DNA of 64,000 nucleotides, from positions 299,628-363,627 of the forward strand of contig CAWCAL010000003.1 of the NCBI GenBank assembly GCA_963793475.1. The letters are read 5' to 3'. The stretch comes from an uncultured Acidimicrobiales bacterium (GTDB taxonomy: Bacteria > Actinomycetota > Acidimicrobiia > Acidimicrobiales > CAWCAL01). Within the stretch, counting starts at the first letter, position 1. Each line of letters starts with the position of its first letter. The notes under the pieces were generated by a model. It worked only from the letters and a program-made list of their open reading frames with translations. It made no database searches and was not told the origin of the DNA. Positions 36,701 to 45,302 of the stretch are shown here, in pieces. Both the position numbers and the translations under genes were made by a program.

Positions 36701-37012
36701 GGCCTCGGCCGCCTTCGGTTCGGGGCCCTTGGGAGCCGGCTCGGCCGGTCCGATCAGCGCCGTGAGCACCTCGTCGATCCGGCTGCGTTCCTCCTCGAAA
36801 TCGGCGACGACCAGATCGCGCTCGGCGCCCGACAAGCGATGGCGCAGATCATCGAGGGCCTGGTCGGTCTCGTCCAACCGCCGGAGCAGCACCCGCGCCC
36901 AGTCGTTGCTGCGGGTGCCCAGGATCTCTTCCGCGCCGGGACCTGCGACCCCGTCCAGGTGGGCCTGGACCAGATCCTCGAAGTCCCGGAGTGTCAGAGA
37001 AGGTGTCGACAT
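33794..37012 (-). CDS. SNF2/RAD54-family helicase (HelZ-like) with long N-terminal region
   Basis: ATG 37012 ([14 protein letters not shown]), 1072 aa. Motifs: [10 protein letters not shown] (I), LDEAQAIKN (II), LTGTPIEN (III), [41 protein letters not shown] (V-VI). Confidence 0.9.
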   Translation of the reverse strand: [1072 protein letters not shown]

Positions 37013-37297
37013 GGCGTGGGGAACGCTCGGCCTTTCGGTCAAAGCTCGGTTGCAGCGCACGTTGGGTCACGCCTGGTGGATGCCCCCTCCGGGCCACCGA
37101 CCGGTGGACACGAGTCCGCTGTTGCACTGATCCCCTCAGTCCAACGGGCCGCCGATGCCGCATGAGCGTTTCGGGCGGCAGACTCGCGCAGTGGCGTTGC
37201 GCCTGGACAGCACCATAGCGGCTCGGGCGCCCCGCACCCACCCTCCCGGCCCGGGGCGCCCTTTGAGCCGCCCCATTCCATCGGATAGCAAGGGAGG

Positions 37298-38548
37298 ATG
37301 GATCTTCCAGCGCAGGGCCGCCCGGTCGCCGATGTTCTTGCCGATCTCGAGTCGAAGCGCCGCGACGACGTCGCCTGGTCGGAGGGTCGCACCTTCGGCA
37401 TGGTCTACGACGGGGGCCCGTCGGTCCACGAGGTGATCGACGGGGCGGCGCGGATGTTCCTGCACGACAACGCGCTCAACACGCAGGCGTTTCCCTCGTT
37501 GGGCGCCATCCAGTCCGAGGTGGTGGGCTGGACCGCACGCCTGCTGCACGGGCCCGAGACCGCGGCAGGGTTCCTGACCAGTGGTGGAACCGAGTCCATC
37601 CTGTGCGCCGTGCTGGCCGCCCGAGAACGCGCCGAGAAGGAACGCCGCGTCGACCAGCCCGAGATGGTCGTGGCCGAGAGTGCGCACGCCGCGTTTCACA
37701 AGGCGGCTCATCTCTTCGGGATCACCCTGCACAAGACTGCGGTCGGCCCCGACTGGCGCGTCGATCTCGACGCCATGGCCGACGCCGTCAACGACAACAC
37801 GATCCTGGTGGTCGGGTCGGCCCCCCAGTACCCGCAGGGTGTCGTGGATCCCATCCCCGAGATCGCGGCGCTCGCCGCATCGGTCGGCGCCAACTGCCAT
37901 GTCGATGCGTGCATGGGGGGCTTCGTGCTGCCCTTCGCCGAGATGCTCGGGCGCGAGGTGCCACCATGGGACTTCCGCGTCGATGGCGTCACCTCGATCT
38001 CGGCCGACATCCACAAGCTGGGGTACGCCCCCAAGGGCGTGTCGGTGGTGCTCCATCGCACCAAGGAGCTGCGGCGGTTCCAGACGTTCGTCTTCGATGG
38101 CTGGTTGGGTGGGTTCTACGCCTCCCCGAACCTGCAGGGCACCCGATCGGGCCTGCCCATGGCCAGCGCATGGGCGGTCATGCAACACCTGGGGACCGAC
38201 GGGTACTGCGACCTGACCCGCGTCACCCTCGACGCGGCCGATCGGCTCAGGGCCGGCATTGCCGAGCTCGACCGCGTGCGGGTGCTCGGCGACGGCGGGT
38301 ACCACCTGATTGCGCTGGCGGCGGCGGACGACGATCGGCCGCTCGACATGTTCGCCGTCGGCGACGCTCTGGCTGAGCACGGCTGGTTCCACGATCGGCA
38401 GACCCCGCCCGATTCGCTCCACTCGACGGTGAGCAACGGCAACGCTCCCCATGTCGACGACTACCTTGCCACCCTACGGTCCTGTATCGCGGCCGTCGGC
38501 GCCGACCAGGCCGACGATCGCAGCACCAACTACGCAACCCTGGAGTAG
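37298..38548 (+). CDS. PLP-dependent lyase/decarboxylase, sphingosine-1-phosphate-lyase-like (second paralog)
   Basis: Intact 416-aa ORF. Motifs: GFLTSGGTESILCAVLAARE, HVDACMGGFVLPF and the PLP-lysine motif SADIHKLGYAPKGVS. Confidence 0.8.
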   Translation: MDLPAQGRPVADVLADLESKRRDDVAWSEGRTFGMVYDGGPSVHEVIDGAARMFLHDNALNTQAFPSLGAIQSEVVGWTARLLHGPETAAGFLTSGGTESILCAVLAARERAEKERRVDQPEMVVAESAHAAFHKAAHLFGITLHKTAVGPDWRVDLDAMADAVNDNTILVVGSAPQYPQGVVDPIPEIAALAASVGANCHVDACMGGFVLPFAEMLGREVPPWDFRVDGVTSISADIHKLGYAPKGVSVVLHRTKELRRFQTFVFDGWLGGFYASPNLQGTRSGLPMASAWAVMQHLGTDGYCDLTRVTLDAADRLRAGIAELDRVRVLGDGGYHLIALAAADDDRPLDMFAVGDALAEHGWFHDRQTPPDSLHSTVSNGNAPHVDDYLATLRSCIAAVGADQADDRSTNYATLE

Positions 38549-38556
38549 ACCCGACC

Positions 38557-39684
38557 ATGCGCACCCCGATCTGTGATCGACTCGGCATCGAGTTCCCGAT
38601 CTTCGCGTTCACCCACTGCCGCGACGTCGTCGCCGCCGTGTCGAACGCGGGCGGCATGGGTGTGCTCGGTGCGGTGGGTTTCTCGCCCGAGCAGCTGGCG
38701 GTCGAGCTCGAATGGCTCGACGAGCACGTCGCCGACGGCAAGACCTACGGCGTCGATGTCGTCATCCCTGAGAAGTACGAGGGCATGGATGAGATCGATC
38801 CCGCGCAGCTCGAGGCCGACCTGGCCGAGATGATCCCTGAGGAGACCCGCGCCTTCGCCGAGAAACTGCTGGCCGACGCGGGCGTGCCCGAGATCCCCGA
38901 GGACGAGCGCGACTTCGCCGAGCTCCTGGGCTTCGGTGCGCTGATGGCGCAGCCGCTGATCGAGGAGGCCCTCTCCCACGAGAAGTGCAGCTTGATCGCC
39001 AATGCGCTGGGGACCCCACCCGAGGACATCGTCACGCTGGTGCAGGAGTCCGGCCGAGCGATCGGCGCCCTGTGCGGGTCGGCCAAACATGCGCTCGCCC
39101 ACAAGGAGGCCGGCCTGGACTTCGCCGTGTGCCAGGGCGGCGAGGGCGGCGGCCATACCGGAGATGTGGGCTCGATCGTCCTGTGGCCCGAGGTCATCGA
39201 CGCGGTCGGGCCGGACCTGCCGGTGCTGGCCGCGGGGGGCATCGGCAACGGGCGTCAGATGGCCGCGGCCATGGCCATGGGAGCGCAGGGGGTGTGGACC
39301 GGCTCGCTCTGGCTCACCGTCGAGGAAGCCGATGTTCCGCCGGGCCAGATGCAGAAGTACCTGGAAGCAGGCACTCGCGACACCGTGCGCTCCCGGTCGT
39401 GGACCGGCAAGCCCGCCCGGATGCTGCGCAACAAGTGGACCGACGCCTGGGACGATCCCGAGACGCCGGCGCCGCTGGGTATGCCGCTGCAGACGATGGT
39501 CACCGTCGACGCCATGGCGCGCGGCCACCGCTACCCCGAGCAGGCCGTCGACGTGAACTTCTATCCCGCCGGCCAGGTCATCGGGCTGACCGACAGGCCG
39601 CGCCGCACGGCCGATGTGATCTACAGCCTGGTCGAGGAGTTCATCGACGCCACCCAGCGCCTGCAGCGCCTCCTGGAGGCGTAG
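38557..39684 (+). CDS. Nitronate monooxygenase (NMO / 2-nitropropane dioxygenase-like FMN enzyme)
   Basis: Intact 375-aa ORF. Motifs: LGIEFPIFAFTHCRDVVAAVSNAGGMGVLG, CQGGEGGGHTG and LAAGGIGNGRQMAAAMAMGAQGVWTGS. Confidence 0.88.
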   Translation: MRTPICDRLGIEFPIFAFTHCRDVVAAVSNAGGMGVLGAVGFSPEQLAVELEWLDEHVADGKTYGVDVVIPEKYEGMDEIDPAQLEADLAEMIPEETRAFAEKLLADAGVPEIPEDERDFAELLGFGALMAQPLIEEALSHEKCSLIANALGTPPEDIVTLVQESGRAIGALCGSAKHALAHKEAGLDFAVCQGGEGGGHTGDVGSIVLWPEVIDAVGPDLPVLAAGGIGNGRQMAAAMAMGAQGVWTGSLWLTVEEADVPPGQMQKYLEAGTRDTVRSRSWTGKPARMLRNKWTDAWDDPETPAPLGMPLQTMVTVDAMARGHRYPEQAVDVNFYPAGQVIGLTDRPRRTADVIYSLVEEFIDATQRLQRLLEA

Positions 39685-39715
39685 GGGGCGGAGAGCCGTG
39701 GTGGGCGACTCGGCC

Positions 39716-40352
39716 TCAGGTCCCGAACCAGGAGGCTCCGGAGAGCTCGTCCCACCCTCTCGGGTCGGCCAGCACACGCTCGACCTCGTTGACGCCCAGG
39801 ACTGAAGAACCGCCCGAGGCGCTCCACCCGTTGCCGTCGACCACGGTGATCGTGCGGTCGCCCTTGCGAAGCAGGCGTCACGTTCCGGACACGATGCTGC
39901 TGAACCACGAATCCAGGTTGTCCCTGTGAGCCAATGTCGCAGGCGTCGCATCCACAGTCGGGCAACCAGGTGACGCAGACGGCCGGATCGCCGAAACCGA
40001 GGGTTACCCCGGCATCGGCAACGTCCTCGAGGCGGCTCCTGGCGACCACGATGGGGAGCGCACCGGCGGCCTCGGGGATGGCGCGATCGGTTGCTGACAC
40101 CAGCGTGGTCGGCGATTGGCGCCACTCGACCGAGACACCCCGGTCGACGGTGGCGAGCCCGGCGTCCACCAGGGCGCCGAGCCAAGCTTCGGCTCGGGCC
40201 CCGATGATCCGGTACCTCGCCGGATCGGTCACGCGCGAGTACTCGTCCTGCGCAGGAGATGACTCAAGATGGGGATCCGGCCACGATGCGAGGCCGCGTC
40301 CGGTCACGTCGAAGGCCGCGTCCACGGCGTTGATGAGGCGTACTGCGTCCAT
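39716..40352 (-). pseudogene. Conserved hypothetical (DUF6226-like, CGCDACD motif) with one frameshift and one in-frame TGA
   Basis: The ATG at 40352 opens MDAVRLINAVDAAFDVTG...WLPDCGCDACDIGSQ. The frame then shifts at the C-run 39922..39924 to DNLDSWFSSIVSGT. TGA at 39880..39878 sits where Trp fits, followed by RLLRKGDRTITVVDGNGWSASG...SWFGT*. Confidence 0.6.
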
Positions 40353-40437
40353 CGCCCAAGTCTCTCCGCGCTGCTCCGCCTGAACCACCGAATAGGAGCA
40401 GGGAGCGCTGGCACTCGACTGCCCGGAGGGGCTGCGG

Positions 40438-41109
40438 CTATCCGGTCGAGACGAGGATTCGCTCGGACGCATAGGAGCCGACACCGACGTGAGCGCCGTC
40501 GATCTCGACCGTGATGGTCCCCTCAGGGGAGATGGCCGTGACCGTGCCACGATTGCCGGGCAGGATCGACGAGCGCTCCAGGAACTCGAGCATGCCGTCT
40601 CGGAACTCGAGCTCCTCGGGGATCCGCCGCACCACGAAGTGTGAACCGGCGGTGAGCTCGTTGAGCGCCGTGGCGTCCCGCGGGGCGGTGTACTCCGAGC
40701 CGGGGATGGGATTGCCGTGGGGGCAGGTGGTGGGATCGTCCAGCACCCGCATCAGCGCCTCTTCCACCTGAGGGGAGATCACGTGCTCCCACTTGCCCGC
40801 CTCGTGATGGGCGGTGGTCCACGAGAGGCCGAGGACGTCGGTGAGGAACCGTTCGGCGATGCGGTGACGCCGCACGACGCTGATTGCGAGCGCCGTGCCG
40901 TCGGCCGTGAGCCTGATCACGTTGCCGTCGACGGCAACCAAGCCCTCGCTGTCGAGGCGCCGGATCATCTCGGACACGGCCGGTCGGGACACCTCGAGCC
41001 GCTCCGCGATCCGCGCTTGGATGACTTCGACGGAGTCCTCGGCCAGCTCGAAGATCGTCTCGCAGTACTCCTCGAAGGCCGGGTGGAACTCGGGGACTAC
41101 GTAGGCCAT
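40438..41109 (-). CDS. DtxR/IdeR/MntR-family metal-dependent transcriptional regulator with C-terminal FeoA/SH3-like domain
   Basis: Intact 223-aa ORF. Motifs: ARIAERLEVSRPAVSEMIRRLDSEGLV (wHTH), RRHRIAERFLTDVLG, HHEAGKWEHVIS and CPHGNPIP. Confidence 0.9.
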   Translation of the reverse strand: MAYVVPEFHPAFEEYCETIFELAEDSVEVIQARIAERLEVSRPAVSEMIRRLDSEGLVAVDGNVIRLTADGTALAISVVRRHRIAERFLTDVLGLSWTTAHHEAGKWEHVISPQVEEALMRVLDDPTTCPHGNPIPGSEYTAPRDATALNELTAGSHFVVRRIPEELEFRDGMLEFLERSSILPGNRGTVTAISPEGTITVEIDGAHVGVGSYASERILVSTG

Positions 41110-41118
41110 CGCCAGAGT

Positions 41119-41385
41119 CTACCGAGGAGCGTCGCCCGATCCCGGGGGAACGTCGGATGAGTTCGCAGCGTCGGCCACGTCCGCGACGTCGTAGCCCGCT
41201 TCGTCGATGGCGGCTCGGATGGCAGCGTCGTCCCCTCCCGACACCGTGACCGAGGTGGCCGCGACATCGACCACTGCGGTCGTGACACCATCGACGGCCC
41301 GCACCTCGGTCTCGATGGCGGCCTTGCAGTGGTCACACGAGATGTCGGGAACCAGGTAGCGGCGAGTGGGAACGGTGGTGGTCAT
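41119..41385 (-). CDS. copZ: Heavy-metal-associated (HMA) copper chaperone
   Basis: 88-aa ORF. Sequence [19 protein letters not shown] carries the CxxC metal site. Its ATG at 41385 overlaps the copA stop (ATGA). Confidence 0.85.
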   Translation of the reverse strand: MTTTVPTRRYLVPDISCDHCKAAIETEVRAVDGVTTAVVDVAATSVTVSGGDDAAIRAAIDEAGYDVADVADAANSSDVPPGSGDAPR

Positions 41386-43564
41386 GGGGAGCTCCGTTGC
41401 AGGGACGGGGTCGGCGATGCTGTCGGCGTGACGTCGGAGCGCGACCGGAACCCACGAAAGCGACGCAGCCGCAGCGAGTTCGTGACGACGAACAGCGAGG
41501 AGAACCCCATGGCCGCCGACGCGATCATCGGGCTGAGCACCCCGAACACGGCCAGCGGGATGGCCGCGACGTTGTACGCGAAGGCCCAGAAGAGGTTGCC
41601 CTTGATGGTGGTGAGCGTGCGCCGAGAGAGCGCGACGGCGTCGGCGGCAGCTCGCAGATCGCCCGAGACCAGGGTGAGATCGGAGGCTTCGATCGCCACG
41701 TCGGCGCCCGTGCCCAGCGCGATGCCCAGATCGGCCCGAGCCAGCGCCGGCCCGTCGTTGATGCCGTCGCCGACCATGGCCACCACCCGACCCTCGGACT
41801 GGAGTCGTGCGATCTCGGCTTCCTTTTCGTCGGGCAGCACGCCCGCGATGACCCGGGGAATGCCGACCGAGGCGGCGACCGCTTCAGCGGTCGTTCGGTG
41901 ATCACCGGTGAGCAGCGTGACCTCGAGGCCGAGCCGGCCGAAGTCGGCCACCGCGTCGGCCGAGGTGGCCTTCACCCGGTCGGCCACCACCAGAACCGCC
42001 TCGGCCCGTCCGTCCCGACCGGCCAGGACGGCGGTCCGGCCCCGCGATTCGGCGGTCGACGCCGCCGTCTCGATCGAGTCCGGAACGTCGTCGAACAGCG
42101 AGCGGCGCCCGACGCTGAGGGCGCTGCCGCCGACGCGACCGACCACACCATGGCCGGCCCGGTTCTCGAAGTGGTCCACCGGGAGGACCTCGGTGCTGGA
42201 CGCGGCGATCGCTGCAGCGATCGGGTGCTCGGACCGCGACTCGAGCGAGGCGGCCAGGGCCAGGAGTCGGGAGCCATCGGCCTCGGGGGCGACGACGTCG
42301 ACCAGTTCCATCCGGCCCTCGGTGACCGTGCCGGTCTTGTCCAACACGAGCGTGTCGACCCGGCGGCTGTCCTCGAGCACCTCGCCGCCCTTGATGATGA
42401 TGCCCAGCTGAGCGCCCCGGCCGGTCCCCACCATGATCGCCAGCGGCGTGGCGAGACCGAGGGCGCAGGGGCAGGCGATCACCAGGACGGCGACGGCGGC
42501 GGTGAAGGCCTCGTGCGCGGCATGCCCGGTCACGAGCCAGCCGACGAGCGTGAGGAGGGCGATGCCGATGGCGGTGGGCACGAAGACGGCGGCGACGCGG
42601 TCGGCCAGCCGCTGGACCGGAGCCCGGCTGCCCTGGGCCTGCGTCACCAGGTCCATGATCTGGGCCAGAGCCGTCTCGGAACCGACCCGGGTGGCCTCGA
42701 CGACGAGAAAGCCGTGGGTGTTGATCGTGGCGCCGATGACGTCGTCGCCGACGGTCACCTCGACGGGAACCGGTTCGCCCGTGACCATCGCGGCGTCCAC
42801 CGCCGAGTGACCCTCGACCACGGTGCCGTCGGTGGCGATCTTCTCCCCGGGCCGGACGGTGAAGCGCATGCCCACCTCGAGGGCGTCGATGGGGATCTCG
42901 TCGCCGCTCTCGAGTCGAGCGGTTCCGGCCCCGAGTTCGGCCAGCGCACGGATGGCGTCACCCGACCGCCGGGTGGCGCGCGCTCGAGCCACTTGCCCAG
43001 CAGGACGAGCGTGATGATCACCGCGCCGGTCTCGAAGTACAGATGGCCACCGGAGACGTCGGCCAGGAGCACCACCATGGACCAGGTCCACGACGACAGC
43101 GTGCCCATCGACACCAGCGTGTCCATCGTGGTCGTGCCGTGCCGGGCGTTGATGAAGGCCGCCCGATGGAAGATCCACCCGGACCACCACGTGACAGGCG
43201 TGGCCATGGCGGCCACGACCCACTCCCAGCCTGCGAACTGCAGTGCGCCGACCATCGACAGCACCATCGTGGGGACACCCAGAGCGACGGCGACGATCAA
43301 GCGGCGGCGAAGATCGTCCTCCCGGGAGGACGCACCGTCGTCCACGTCGTCGCTGCCGACCGCGTAGCCGAGCGCCTCGACCACGTCGCGGATCGTGTCC
43401 TCGTCGACCGACCCGTCGTGTGAGACGGTGGCTCGCCCGGTGGCGAAGTTGACGTTGGCTTCCTCGACGCCGTCCAGCCGCCCGAGCTTCCGCTCGATGC
43501 GACCGGCGCAGGCCGTGCAGGTCATGCCTTCGACAGGCAGATCGGCACGGGTGTCGGTGGCCAT
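41382..43564 (-). CDS. copA: Copper-translocating P1B-type ATPase (one frameshift as assembled)
   Basis: Track ORFs 42755..43564 and 41382..43223 join as ...[13 protein letters not shown] | [18 protein letters not shown]..., with the frame change near 42975..42985. Motifs: [12 protein letters not shown] (HMA), [23 protein letters not shown] and [10 protein letters not shown]. Confidence 0.92.
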
Positions 43565-43637
43565 TCCGTCACTCTAGCGCCGATACCCCTCCCCCCTAAC
43601 CCTAGATCGACCCCAAGCCCTCGAAGTCGGGAGGATC

Positions 43638-43656
43638 TTGACCAGGGGGTGGTCAA
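43638..43656. promoter_or_regulatory. Perfect 7-5-7 inverted repeat TTGACCAgggggTGGTCAA upstream of copA (candidate operator, or terminator of the sulfatase gene)
   Basis: Read directly from the sequence. It lies 74..92 nt upstream of the copA ATG and 37 nt downstream of the sulfatase stop. Repeats of this size are expected by chance in 64 kb, so only the location is suggestive. Confidence 0.25.
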
Positions 43657-43692
43657 AATCCCCCCGAGTTCGTTGCGGGCGGGCGGGTCTGG

Positions 43693-45266
43693 TCAGGTGA
43701 GGCCGAGGCGTTCGAGTTGCTCGGCCGGTGCCTCCACCTCGACCAGCGCCGTCCGGAGGAGCTCGGCCATGTCGTGCTCGGCCTGCTCCCCCGCCCGGTT
43801 CTCCTGCTCGTCGGGGTCGAGGTCGAGCCGGTACACGTGGTGCTGGTCGACCTGGTGGCCCAGGGCCCAGATCGGCAGCGGATCGCCGGCCTCGAAGGGC
43901 TGACGGAGCACGGGCACCTCGGTGCCGGGCATGGTGTCGAGCCAGGCTCGCCGGTCGGGCGCCGGCATCCCGACGACGCCGTCGATGTGGGTGGGCATGG
44001 TCGACCACCGATTGGACCAGGCCGACAGCGGGTAGTTGTCGGTGACCGGCGCCCGGGCGTACTTCGTGGCTCCGTCGGTGACCTGGACCCAGTTGCCCCA
44101 CACGCCTCCGATCGCCCAGTCCCGCACCGAGTCGGTGGTGCCGTCGAGGAGTGGGGCGAGCGAGACCCCGTGCGTGGTGTGGTCCACCCCTACGTCGAAC
44201 GCGTCGGCGATGGTGGCGAACAGATCGACGTTGGTGGTGAGTGCGTCGCAGGTTCCGCCGCCCTCCACCCCCGGCCAGTGAATGAGCAACGGCGTGTGGC
44301 CGAGCGGCTCGTACTGCGGCACGTTGGGCTTCCCCCAGATGTCCCGACCGGCACGCTCGTCACCCAGGTAGTGGCCGTGATCGGTGCAGAGGATCAACGC
44401 GGTGTCGTCCCACAGGTCCTGCTGGTCGAACGCGTCCAGGATTCGCCCGAACCAGTCGTCGATCATCGAGAGCTTGGCGCCGTAGTTGGCACGGATGTGT
44501 CGCCCTTCGGCTTCGGTCAGGAGGCCGTTGGCGACGGCACCGTCCGCATACGGCGGCCAGATGATCCATTCGTCGTCCCACGGGCCGTCCTGGTAGCGGT
44601 CGACCCACGGCTCAGGGGTGTCGAACGGCTCGTGGGGGTCGAACTCGTCGACGAAGAGGAACCAGCGGTCGTGGTGGGGGGTGGCGTCGGTGAGGAACCG
44701 CGCCGCCTCGGTCATCGTGCGCGGACCGGGGTAGTCGGCTTCGGCCCGGAAGAACGTCCGACTTCGGTCGTATCCGCGGTCGATGACGTCGGCGCCGAAG
44801 ATCTTCTCGAAGAACCACCCGCCCCGTACTGCTGGCCGGGCGGGAGCGCCGACCCATGACGGGTCTCGGTAGGTGCGCCACGGGTCGCCCTCGTGACCGC
44901 GGCAGATAGTCCCATCCGTTGAAGTCGGTGTGGTAGTTCTCGCCGCCACTCTCGAACAGGTGGGGATGATCGGTGGCCAGGAAACTGGTGACCCCCTGGT
45001 GGCGGAGCACGCGGCGTGATGGGCTGCTCCCACGCCTCGATCGAACCCCAGGGCTTCCAGAGGAAGTCGAGCGCACCGCAGAGGATGTCGTGGCGGGCCG
45101 GCATACACGGCAGCGACCCCGTGACGTGGCGGGTGAAGCGGGTGGCGTGTCGGGCGGCGAATCGGTCCAGATTCGGCGTGGTGAACTCGGTCCCGCCGTA
45201 CGAGCCCAGCAGATGGCGGTTCAAGGAGTCGAGCAGGACCACGCAGACGTTGCTGGGCTTCGCCAT
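43693..45266 (-). CDS. Cys-type sulfatase (two frameshifts as assembled)
   Basis: Three track ORFs (44712..45266, 44612..45076, 43693..45270) join into one protein. The sequence runs MAKPSNVCVVLLDSLNRHLLG...SLPCMPARHDILCG...GSIEAWEQPIT | RVLRHQGVTSFLATDHPHLFESGGENYHTDFNGWDYL | RGHEGDPWRTYRDPSW...ILCTDHGHYLGD... Frame changes fall near 45022 and 44900. Confidence 0.85.
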
Positions 45267-45302
45267 GCACGAACCCTAGATTGCTCCAGTACGGTTTCGG
45301 GC

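Noticed and set aside
37094-37107. 6-2-6 palindrome CCACCGacCGGTGG in the 285-nt SNF2 / PLP-lyase divergent intergenic region
   Set aside because: A 6-bp inverted repeat at a fixed spacing is expected more than ten times by chance in 64 kb of GC-rich DNA, and there is no supporting context.
35262-37165. Two plus-strand ORFs of about 600 aa (35262..37130 and 35516..37165)
   Set aside because: Both are antisense to the SNF2 helicase and have Ser/Arg/Pro/Gly low-complexity composition.
39878-39880. In-frame TGA in the DUF6226-like gene as a second selenocysteine codon
   Set aside because: The context fits Trp (SGT-W-RLL), with no redox motif and no obvious downstream hairpin. The same gene also carries a frameshift, so a nonsense mutation or base error is more likely.
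43582-43607. C-rich stretch GATACCCCTCCCCCCTAACCCTAGAT upstream of copA as a CsoR operator
   Set aside because: CsoR operators are pseudo-palindromes (ATACCC...GGGTAT type). This stretch has C-runs on one strand only and is not self-complementary. Only a DtxR-box-like half-site is noted in the findings.
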